A stretch of DNA of 53,031 nt. Source: Amoeboaphelidium occidentale. Its lineage: Eukaryota. This document shows, one piece after another, positions 33,699-42,929 of this stretch. The stretch's first letter is position 1, and the number at the start of each line of letters is the position of its first letter. The notes under the pieces are model-generated. The model searched no databases. It was not told where the DNA came from and saw only the letters and a list, made by a program, of their open reading frames with translations. The position numbers were made by a program, and so were the translations under genes. The stretch lies in NCBI GenBank assembly GCA_023515795.1, contig JALGPX010000081.1:1-53031 (forward strand). The letters run 5' to 3'.

Positions 33699-36600
33699 AT
33701 GAAAATAATTACTCCCAACCAACAACAACAACAACAACAACACTTGAAATTAAAACATTCAGAGTGTCCAGAAAGAATTAAACTGTTAATCCAGTCAATC
33801 CTAACAACAAAGGAAGACTCATCCACTGTAGAGGAAAACATTTTACAGTTTCTTTTAGATTCAAAGGGAGACTTTATGAATTTACCAAAGACTGATTTAA
33901 TCCATTACACTGAATTATTGAATGTAATTGATGAGTCATTATCAACACAATCAAAAGATGAGTCATCACTTTTACCTTTACTCCAATTCACAAGATTACT
34001 ATTGGAGAATTCATTGAATAGAAGTTGTTATAATAGTAAAGAAGAATTATTACAATTATTAAAAACAAGTAAAAATATTAAAGTTTGTGTGGAAGTACTG
34101 AGAATTTTTATTGCATTATTTGGCACACCTTCTTCTACTTCTACTTCTACAGGAGGAAATAGTAATGGAAAGAAGAATTTACTTCAATTTAGAAAGGAAT
34201 TAGAATCTGTAGTGATTGAATTATTAAATTGTTATAATACTAATGATCCCTTTACTTCTATTGATGGTGTTGTATACAAGTTCTATTCAGATGATGATTC
34301 AAAGTACATTTCTACTCCTCTCTCTTCTACTACTACCACTTCAAATGATGGTGATGATGATGATGATGGTGATGATGATGTAGTTAAGAAAGAAAGTGTT
34401 AATTACTTGCATTGTAATATTATAACAGAATATTTGAAGAAGGAATCTATAAATAGCACAGAATTTGTTTTTGGAGAATTGGCTACTTTGAAATTAGTAT
34501 TACTACAATTGTTCTTATTACTCCTCCTAAACAAATCATCTACTTCTACTTTATCATCAGCTGAACAAAAGATTGAAAAGTATATATTCACTCCTAATCC
34601 CAATTTATTGCAATATTTGAAGACACAAGGGTTTTCTTCTTCTTCTTCTTCTTCTTCTTCTTCTTCTGTTTCTATGACTTCAATTGAGTGTGTTAATGTT
34701 CTGAGTTGTTTGTTGCAGTTTCCCAGATTGAAGGAATCTAATGGTATTCTGTCACTATTGAATATTCATTCTACACATCACAATTTATTAACATTTACTC
34801 TAAACTCTGAATTTCTATCTGCTGATTCGAGTCAAGATGGTGACATGAAGAGGGCAAAGTATGTGGATTCAGTGGTGCATTTGATTCTGTCTCTTGTGGT
34901 TGCTTATGGGAATAGTGGTCCTAGTGGTGGTGGTGGAGGTGGTTCTAGTTCTGGTGGTTCTAATTCTAATGTATTGTTGAATAGTGGTTTATTGGAATTA
35001 TTGTTAAAGATTATCAAGGAGTTTTCCCTACCTTCAAGTAAAGAAGTCTTTTATCGCACTTTGGGTAAATGTGTTGGTAATTTGGATGCTATATTGTATG
35101 CTCTAAAGAATTCATTGGGTGTATTCATGGAAGCAGGAGGATTAGAATTGGTATTGGGCAAATTGAAGAGTGTTGTTCTGAGTGAAGAAGATACAAAGGA
35201 GAAGAGTGTGGAGGAGATTGGGTTTGTCAAGAATGTATTGAAATTGTTGTTGCATTTAATGACTACGAATTCCAATGATCGATTAATTAGGAATTTACTA
35301 GAAAGTTGTTTAGTAGTTGCAACAACTGAGAAAGGAGGAGTTTTAAGGGTTGTGATGGAAAATCGTTCTATGTATGGTAATCAATCTGTTGCAATCTGTT
35401 TGAATATTATGGCTACTTTTCTGCATGAGGATCCATCGTGTTTTTCCTTGTTGGCAGAAAAGGGTTTGGTTGAATTGTTTGTGTTTAAGGAAATGTTATC
35501 ATATCTCAGAGAGAGTGGGAATGGTGATTTATTGGGTGCAATTGTGTATTTGATTGGAGCATTGTGTTTGCAAGAACGTGGAATGGAAATGATTCAAAAA
35601 CAGAATCCATTTGATGAGTTTGTTGTGCAAATGTTTACTCTAATCTGTTCTCCTTCCAACTCTTTTAACTCAAACCTAAAGAAGGAGCTCCAAAAGAGTT
35701 TGATTGTTGATGATTTGGCTTCGTTCTTGGGGAATGCATTTGATGAATTGATGAGACATCATCCACAATTGAAGGATGTTATAATGAAGGCAGTCTATAA
35801 GTTGGTGCAGCGAGTAGCAGAGATTGGATCAACTTTTAAAGTTGCAGAGAATGTTGTTGGTAAGGTTTTGGTTGAAGATGAGGAAAAAAGACCGTTTGAA
35901 TTGCATACAAGGGATTCACCTCCTAATGGTGACTTGAAGGAATATCCAATTATACTATTGATTGATCAAGTTTCCAGATTCTTGGAAGGAATATTTCAAA
36001 CTACTTCACATGCAGAGTACTTTTTGAGCAAATTTGATGAACCATTAGAAGTTCTCTTCTCTTGGTACAGATTTCCAACGATTCCTTATGATTTCGCACA
36101 AACATCTGCTTCATATAATATGTCGCATGTATTCAGAGAGTTGAGTGAAGTACCTAATGGTGGAAGATTAAGAGTATTAAAGTTGATTATTACAGGATTA
36201 GAGAATCAATATGACAAGATTAAAGTGTTGATTAACAATGGTGAAGCAGGAGCAGAAGAAGGAGGAGGACGGAATGAAGAGGGGAAAAATCAGTCGGTGA
36301 TTGCTACTCATTTTACTACTTTTGAATTGAAAGAGGATATAACTCCTGATGTCCAGCAAGTATTCAGAGACTTTATTATTTATCACTCTTACTTGGGATT
36401 ACTGTCTGATTTATACTCTAGTCCAGTTTATGCAGCAAAGACAATGAGTGATTTACCTTCATTGGTACAATTATTGTCTGGGAAATTGCATGTTTTGCAA
36501 CAATTGTTCTCCGTATACAGAATGTGTGCACTGGAATCTTTGTATTTGAAGCATGTCTTTGCTCAACAAGATTCTGCTACTGCCGCATTAAAACTGAAGA

Positions 36601-39600
36601 ATGTAAAGTATTGGAAATTTTTGTTGTCACAAACAACAGGATTTGTTGCTCCGACATTGCAAGGAATCGCGAATATTATTGTACCAAAGAAATTGCCTTC
36701 AGTTGATTTTGACAAGAAGGAGTACTTGAAGAGTGTAGAATCAGTTGCCTCAGAGCTGATTAAAGGATTGAAGGAGAATTTCAGTTCAGAAAGGAAACCA
36801 CAAGAACCTTTGTCTTTGAAGTATCATTATCTTCACATTTGTGTAGAATTGGTTAATACTCTGATTACAGATGAAAGGAATCCAAGCTTATTGATTGTTT
36901 GTATGGTTGAAGCTTTTGGGAAGGAAGAAGGCTTGGATCTTTTGTTGAAATTGACTGATGAATTGGTATTGCAAGATTTGCCTCAAGAACCACACTGTGA
37001 TCGTGCATATTCTTGTTTGGAATCTATCCTAAACATCTTTATGATTCTTGTTAATAACAAGTCGCTAACAGAACAGAATCATCATTTGTCTAATCTGAAC
37101 AATCTGACACAGACAAAATTTGATACCAAAGAATTCTTGGTAAATGTCCGTTACAAGATTCTTAATCATTTACTCAACACATTCTGGAACAAGAATGGAT
37201 TCCAGCATTTGTTGGATCTTCAAGAACTGACTACGACAAATGATACAGTGGCTGCTGTTGCTGGAAAGACTAATGAGAAAAAGATGTCTTGTATGAAAAA
37301 CATTATCAACATTGTGATTATTTGCATTAAAGCCGAGGGTGAAGATTTGCCTTTGAGTAAGAAACAAAAGGACTCTAAAGCTGCAGCTGTGAAACCTGGA
37401 GAAGATCGTATTAATCAACTGATTGATATGGGATTCAGTAGAGAAGTTGCAATTGAAGCTCTTAGAGAGAATGGAAACAGCGTCATGCGTGCTGCTGAAC
37501 AGTTGTTATTGAATCCTTCCTTGATGCCATCTTCTTCGGCTGCTGTTGCTGCTGCTGGTACTTCGGCCGCTACAACAACAGTTCCCGAATACCAAGAACC
37601 TCCAAAAGCATCTGGTGGCGAAGAAACTAGCACTGATGTTGTAATGGAGGATGCTGATTCTGTTGCATCGAATTTGAAGGTGTTGCGTGATAATCTTTTC
37701 AAGTTTATTATTCCTTATTCATTGAAAACATTCCTCGGAAGCACTGAAATGTTGGTTGTAGTCAAAGATTTATTCTTGAGTTTGATCAAGAAAGATCCAG
37801 AAAGTAAAACCAAGGAATTGTTGAATGAAATTGATTTGAGTGGCTTTCTAGCAAAGATTGCTTCTTCATTGAAGGGCAAAACTGCATTAGATCAGGCTGG
37901 AGTTAATAAGTTGCAATTGCTCAATTTGGTTCTATTCCACTCTGCTGCATCAACTCCACAGAACAACAACTTTTCCTTCATGATGCCTACAGAAAAGGTT
38001 GAGACTTTACCGGAATTAGCCAAGTATGTTTCTGATTCCGGAGCTGCTGAAAAGATGATTGAAATTATGCAGCAGGTTTCTGAAATTGATAATTTAGGCG
38101 AAGATTTCAACTTGAATGACTCCTTGTCTAATTGTTTCTTGTTGTTTGAATTCATTCTGGCAAAGAATGCTGAGCCAAAGAAGGTTCGAATGAACAAGAA
38201 GTTGTTGCAGAATTCAACTCCGTCTGCATTTAGTGGTGACGAAGAGGAAGAATTTGAAGGAAGTGGAATGGAACAAGACGAACACGATTATGACGTTGCC
38301 GGCACAAGCTCCGCGCAACAAACCTCTGATGTTAAACTGGACATGAAAGAATTGACTCGTCACATGTACAAGATTGTTAAAAGACTCAAAGACAAAGTAG
38401 AACAGAGTGAAAAGGAAGTCGATTCATTGAATAATTTGTACTTGTCATGCCTGCGTGTTCTTGTGATGATTTCCCGTGATCATTTGGATTTGAGTGCAGC
38501 GCCGTATGACGTTTTGGGACCATCCACGAAACTGTTAAAGAACGAAGTGATTATGGAATTCATATTCAATCGTCACTTGATTGACTCTAACGAAGAATTG
38601 CTGCAGTTGCTGTTCCATGAAGTGATTTACGGATACTTTGCTAATCGCTCTGACAGACCTTCATTGGAAATAAGAAATTTGATCAGTTTCTTTACTCCTT
38701 ACGTTATTCGTAGCCCTGAAGCGTTTGTTAATGCGGTGGTTGATTTGTGCAAGATGACAAAACCTTTGAAGTCATTCAGTCAAGCAAACAACTACTCTAT
38801 CAAGTTGCGTTCCGAGATGGACCCCGAGAAACCAGATAACAAAAAGTACATTTTCAAAATGACAGAATTCTTTTTGAAAAACAAGACATACTTCTTAGCA
38901 GTTATCGAGAGAATGCTGAAGGAAGCGTCTGTGGCTGCTGAATACAAGAAACCGATTGATCATTATTACTTCTGCTTCTGGTTGAAGACACTTATTGAAT
39001 TATTCCAGCGCTTCAATTCGGCTATTGAAATTTTGTTGGCTGAATCTTCGGTATTCAAGGATTTTACCAAAATGTTATTGAAAAAGAAACTGGCATATCC
39101 AGACTTGTCAAGATCAAACATTAATGCTAGCGACAAGGAGAAGACCAGACAAATCAATGAGTGCAAATGGTCGATTGTGTTTTTGAGTAACTTGAAGCTT
39201 GAATATCCTGGTAAGCCGAAGGATTCCATGGATGTCGCTGCCGACGTTGATACAGAGCCACAAATGCGCGAATTGGCAACATTCATCTTGAAATCAATAA
39301 TGGATGAGATCAAAGTTGTTATTGACACACGCCCTGCAAAATACCCAAATAAGTTGTTGGCGTTGGTTGATTTATTGAACAGATCGATGATCAACAATTT
39401 CATGAGTGCACCATTTCCTTCATCGAAATCCAGTCATGAGCACAATGCTTTGATGAATGCTTGCTTCGAACTTAAGATTGTTCCATTCATTGTTTCAACT
39501 ATTGTTTCCAATATTGATTATGAATATCCTGACATCAAGATTCTATTGGATGATGTGCTGATGTTGTTGAGCACTGCTTCCAGACATTTGAATAATTACT

Positions 39601-42600
39601 CAAGATTGCTAAACAAAGAAAAGGATCCTTTAGTTGATTCAAATAAGGTTTGTCTTACAGATTATTTCCGTTTAGATAAGGCTCCAGGAGATCTGGCTGC
39701 ACAGAAGGGTCGTTTTGGTTCAGCTTCTAACGATCAATTGATTAATAATTCTGCTTTGGGAATGATGTTCACTTCTACAACAAGTCACAGAAATGGTCCG
39801 TATTATGATGGTGGTGAGTACGATGATGAAGATGGTTATTATTACTCAGATGGTGAGAGTGATGACGATGATGACACTGGTTCTGATGATGATGGAATGG
39901 ATGATGATGACGATGATATGATGATGGATCCAGTTCTGATCGGACATGGTGATATTGAAATGGGTGATAATGTTAATGATCATGTTGTTATGATGGGTGG
40001 TGAAGATGATGACGAAGTTAGTGGATCTTCGATGGATGAAGATGATGAGAACGATTTTACTGATGTATCGCAAGAACAGGGTGATTCCATGGATCACTCT
40101 GATGAAGCTGGTCCTGATGGCAATGATAGAGACAGCGGCGAAGATGACGATATCGTTGTTCGTGGTGGTGCAATTGGTCCATTAGGTGCTGGCGATGAAG
40201 ATGACGAAAATGAAGATTTTTCAGATGATAGTGACAACGATTCTGAAGAAGAAGACCACGAAATCAACATTGAAGTTGTTCCGCAACCCGCTGGTAACGA
40301 AGAAAATGTTGTTCAAATTGAAGTTGTGCATGAAGACGGTAATCCTGGTGATGAAGCTGCTGGGGCTGCGGCTGCAAATGCAGGGAACGAAGAAGACTGG
40401 GAAGATGAAGAACAGTCTGAAGATTATGACGATGAAGAAGAGGAAGAAGACGAGTATGATTACGATGAGATGGAAGAATATGATGATGGAATTATTCGTA
40501 TTGCTCCTATGGGTGAAAGAGGTTTATTAATTGGGCGTCAAATGATGGGAGGAAGAGGTTCCAACAGAAGAAGACGTCGTCGTATTCGCCGTAATATGAA
40601 TGATGGTCGTTTCTTGAACCCAGGAGAAGATAACGCCCTGCCTATGTTCCTGAGAATGAATAACGCTCAGTTGATTGATGACGACTTTTTGAGACATGGA
40701 GCCATGCTTGATGTCAACAATGAATCAGCTGCTGCAATGTTGCCACCTTTAATGTGGGAAGATATGCGCCGCGCTACTGGAGGAGAAGCCACCGGTAATT
40801 CAGCAGCAGATGCCACTAGAAATCAGTGTGCATTTTTAGCAGACACAGTTGGTGCACATCCACAATTGACGCCAAACAGAAGTGCTTCAACTGGTGGTCG
40901 TACACTTTCAAGACAACCAATGAGCCCTTCATCTGGTGATGCTTTACAAATGCTTGAAGAAATGTTCCAACTGAACCACAGCAGTGGAATTGTCCGTATG
41001 AACATTGAAGCTGATGGGACAGGAAGCGCTGCTATTGAAAGAGCTCCTGATGCTTCAAATGACAATGCCGGAATCGCCGTTGGCAGTGGAATGGCTCATG
41101 TTTTAAGAAGATCTATTGCTAGTCAGGGAAGTTCGCAACCTCCAAAGTCTGCTGCAGTTCCTCCTGCTGAAATCAATTATTCTTTATTGACAGATCAGAG
41201 AGGGACTCGTCCTGTAGATTTGTATAATCAAGAATGCAGAATCTTTTATAATGTGGTCACGAACAATTCATCTGCTTCAAGAATGAATGATGCAGCTATG
41301 AGAGTGAAGAATGAAATATTCAACAGACTTCAACCTGAAGCACTGAAAGATGAAGAAGAGGAATTAAAAAAGAAGAAAGAAAAGGAGGAAGAAGAACGCA
41401 AAATGAAGGAAGAGGAAGCTGCAAAGAAGAGGGAAGAAGAAGCAGCTAAGAAGAAAGCCCTTGAGGCTGCAGAGCCTCCAAAAGAGGAAGCAGAGCCATC
41501 AATTAGTCAAGAGCAAGATACCGCACAAGCTAGCTCCGCAGCACAGCCTCCTGCAGCTGAAGCTCCTGCAAATCCTAATACTGTGACAATTTTTGGCACA
41601 CCGATTGACTTGACCAACACTGGCATAGATCCAACTTTCCTTGAAGCTTTACCTGACGATTTGAGAACAGAAGTATTGATTCAACATTTACGCCAACAAG
41701 ATATGGGAGTTTCTAATGCTTCTGGATCTTTTCCACCAGGTGCATCCTTTCTTGGTCCGAATTTCCTTGCAAACAATATCACTCATGAATTCCTTGAAGC
41801 CCTACCAGAAGATATAAGAGAAGAAATTATTCAACAAGAAGAATTGGAGAGACAAAGACAACAAGGAACTGCTGGTGCTGTTGGCGGTAACCCATTGAAT
41901 TTGGGGTCTGTTGGATTGGGTAACAATCTTGCGAATGAATTATTGCGCCAAATGGAAATGATGATACCAGGTTTTGCAGGACAAGGGGATGGTCCTGGAG
42001 CACAATTGTTGAATGCCCTCATTGGTACAGCTCAAGCAGGAAATGGTCAAGCTGTTTTAGACATTCAGATTGCTGGCCGCGATAGAACTGATGGAGCCTC
42101 TATAACATTGAAGAAAGAACCTAAAGATGAAAAGCCACAAGCAGAGCCTTTGCCTTTGGTAGATTCTGATGCATTATCTATAATTCTACAGTTGCTATTG
42201 CATCCTAATTCCCTGCCACGCAAACAATCATTGAACGAACTATTGTACTGCTTTATTCTGAATTCAACTTCACGTGCTGAACTTTTAACGACGCTTTTAA
42301 CAATCATTTATATAGTTCTAACTCACAACCACAGTGGTACGATCAACAAGTTTTTGAAGTCGTTCTTCCAACATGCTGGAATGTACAAGAGAGTTTCTGC
42401 TGAGTTTGCTACTTTTATGAACAAGTATACAACGACTCCTGCAACTTTGACTCAGATTGTTCAAAAGTGCTTTGATATCTTAACGTATCTGACAAAGAAT
42501 GAGTTTGTTCCTAAATATTTCCTATGTTATGATGCTTCATCAAACACGATGGTTTCACCTGTTTCAGCATCCTCTCCTCCGAGAAAGAGAAAAGATAAGC

Positions 42601-42827
42601 CAAAATATCCTTTATTGGTGTTGATGATGTTCATGGAACTGCCATCTGTGCTTCAGAATCCTCAACTATTGGAATCGCTAACTTCATTGATTGCGCATGT
42701 GTCAAGTCTAATTGCAAAAGAGAAGGCAAAGATTGAGAAGGAAAAGGAAGCGAGTGCAAAATCTGGTTCGGCAACTAGTTTGACTTCTAGCAATGAACTT
42801 CAGAGTGGAACTTTAATGCAAGTGTAA
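33699..42827 (+). CDS. TOM1: Tom1/HUWE1-family E3 ligase scaffold lacking the C-terminal HECT domain
   Basis: DUF908 (FTRLLLENSLNRSCYNS); DUF913 (ATFLHEDPS, GALCL, LGNAFDELMRHHPQLK); UBA (QLIDMGFSREVAIEALR); acidic tract; DUF4414/UBM repeats (IDPTFLEALPDDLRTEV, EFLEALPEDIREEI). No HECT motifs before the stop. Confidence 0.9.
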   Translation: MKIITPNQQQQQQQHLKLKHSECPERIKLLIQSILTTKEDSSTVEENILQFLLDSKGDFMNLPKTDLIHYTELLNVIDESLSTQSKDESSLLPLLQFTRLLLENSLNRSCYNSKEELLQLLKTSKNIKVCVEVLRIFIALFGTPSSTSTSTGGNSNGKKNLLQFRKELESVVIELLNCYNTNDPFTSIDGVVYKFYSDDDSKYISTPLSSTTTTSNDGDDDDDGDDDVVKKESVNYLHCNIITEYLKKESINSTEFVFGELATLKLVLLQLFLLLLLNKSSTSTLSSAEQKIEKYIFTPNPNLLQYLKTQGFSSSSSSSSSSSVSMTSIECVNVLSCLLQFPRLKESNGILSLLNIHSTHHNLLTFTLNSEFLSADSSQDGDMKRAKYVDSVVHLILSLVVAYGNSGPSGGGGGGSSSGGSNSNVLLNSGLLELLLKIIKEFSLPSSKEVFYRTLGKCVGNLDAILYALKNSLGVFMEAGGLELVLGKLKSVVLSEEDTKEKSVEEIGFVKNVLKLLLHLMTTNSNDRLIRNLLESCLVVATTEKGGVLRVVMENRSMYGNQSVAICLNIMATFLHEDPSCFSLLAEKGLVELFVFKEMLSYLRESGNGDLLGAIVYLIGALCLQERGMEMIQKQNPFDEFVVQMFTLICSPSNSFNSNLKKELQKSLIVDDLASFLGNAFDELMRHHPQLKDVIMKAVYKLVQRVAEIGSTFKVAENVVGKVLVEDEEKRPFELHTRDSPPNGDLKEYPIILLIDQVSRFLEGIFQTTSHAEYFLSKFDEPLEVLFSWYRFPTIPYDFAQTSASYNMSHVFRELSEVPNGGRLRVLKLIITGLENQYDKIKVLINNGEAGAEEGGGRNEEGKNQSVIATHFTTFELKEDITPDVQQVFRDFIIYHSYLGLLSDLYSSPVYAAKTMSDLPSLVQLLSGKLHVLQQLFSVYRMCALESLYLKHVFAQQDSATAALKLKNVKYWKFLLSQTTGFVAPTLQGIANIIVPKKLPSVDFDKKEYLKSVESVASELIKGLKENFSSERKPQEPLSLKYHYLHICVELVNTLITDERNPSLLIVCMVEAFGKEEGLDLLLKLTDELVLQDLPQEPHCDRAYSCLESILNIFMILVNNKSLTEQNHHLSNLNNLTQTKFDTKEFLVNVRYKILNHLLNTFWNKNGFQHLLDLQELTTTNDTVAAVAGKTNEKKMSCMKNIINIVIICIKAEGEDLPLSKKQKDSKAAAVKPGEDRINQLIDMGFSREVAIEALRENGNSVMRAAEQLLLNPSLMPSSSAAVAAAGTSAATTTVPEYQEPPKASGGEETSTDVVMEDADSVASNLKVLRDNLFKFIIPYSLKTFLGSTEMLVVVKDLFLSLIKKDPESKTKELLNEIDLSGFLAKIASSLKGKTALDQAGVNKLQLLNLVLFHSAASTPQNNNFSFMMPTEKVETLPELAKYVSDSGAAEKMIEIMQQVSEIDNLGEDFNLNDSLSNCFLLFEFILAKNAEPKKVRMNKKLLQNSTPSAFSGDEEEEFEGSGMEQDEHDYDVAGTSSAQQTSDVKLDMKELTRHMYKIVKRLKDKVEQSEKEVDSLNNLYLSCLRVLVMISRDHLDLSAAPYDVLGPSTKLLKNEVIMEFIFNRHLIDSNEELLQLLFHEVIYGYFANRSDRPSLEIRNLISFFTPYVIRSPEAFVNAVVDLCKMTKPLKSFSQANNYSIKLRSEMDPEKPDNKKYIFKMTEFFLKNKTYFLAVIERMLKEASVAAEYKKPIDHYYFCFWLKTLIELFQRFNSAIEILLAESSVFKDFTKMLLKKKLAYPDLSRSNINASDKEKTRQINECKWSIVFLSNLKLEYPGKPKDSMDVAADVDTEPQMRELATFILKSIMDEIKVVIDTRPAKYPNKLLALVDLLNRSMINNFMSAPFPSSKSSHEHNALMNACFELKIVPFIVSTIVSNIDYEYPDIKILLDDVLMLLSTASRHLNNYSRLLNKEKDPLVDSNKVCLTDYFRLDKAPGDLAAQKGRFGSASNDQLINNSALGMMFTSTTSHRNGPYYDGGEYDDEDGYYYSDGESDDDDDTGSDDDGMDDDDDDMMMDPVLIGHGDIEMGDNVNDHVVMMGGEDDDEVSGSSMDEDDENDFTDVSQEQGDSMDHSDEAGPDGNDRDSGEDDDIVVRGGAIGPLGAGDEDDENEDFSDDSDNDSEEEDHEINIEVVPQPAGNEENVVQIEVVHEDGNPGDEAAGAAAANAGNEEDWEDEEQSEDYDDEEEEEDEYDYDEMEEYDDGIIRIAPMGERGLLIGRQMMGGRGSNRRRRRRIRRNMNDGRFLNPGEDNALPMFLRMNNAQLIDDDFLRHGAMLDVNNESAAAMLPPLMWEDMRRATGGEATGNSAADATRNQCAFLADTVGAHPQLTPNRSASTGGRTLSRQPMSPSSGDALQMLEEMFQLNHSSGIVRMNIEADGTGSAAIERAPDASNDNAGIAVGSGMAHVLRRSIASQGSSQPPKSAAVPPAEINYSLLTDQRGTRPVDLYNQECRIFYNVVTNNSSASRMNDAAMRVKNEIFNRLQPEALKDEEEELKKKKEKEEEERKMKEEEAAKKREEEAAKKKALEAAEPPKEEAEPSISQEQDTAQASSAAQPPAAEAPANPNTVTIFGTPIDLTNTGIDPTFLEALPDDLRTEVLIQHLRQQDMGVSNASGSFPPGASFLGPNFLANNITHEFLEALPEDIREEIIQQEELERQRQQGTAGAVGGNPLNLGSVGLGNNLANELLRQMEMMIPGFAGQGDGPGAQLLNALIGTAQAGNGQAVLDIQIAGRDRTDGASITLKKEPKDEKPQAEPLPLVDSDALSIILQLLLHPNSLPRKQSLNELLYCFILNSTSRAELLTTLLTIIYIVLTHNHSGTINKFLKSFFQHAGMYKRVSAEFATFMNKYTTTPATLTQIVQKCFDILTYLTKNEFVPKYFLCYDASSNTMVSPVSASSPPRKRKDKPKYPLLVLMMFMELPSVLQNPQLLESLTSLIAHVSSLIAKEKAKIEKEKEASAKSGSATSLTSSNELQSGTLMQV

Positions 42828-42929
42828 TCGCAATAAACCACAATAATTTGAATCATCAGGGGCTGGACCGTTGAAAACAACTCAAAACGTTCCGAGAACA
42901 ATTTTCAGAGTTTTCCCTGATAACTGGTG

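Noticed and set aside
42818..42830. GCAAGT or GTAATC near the TOM1 stop as a splice donor to a local HECT exon
   Set aside because: No HECT-coding exon found downstream in the window, and a polyA signal follows immediately. A distant or trans acceptor cannot be excluded.
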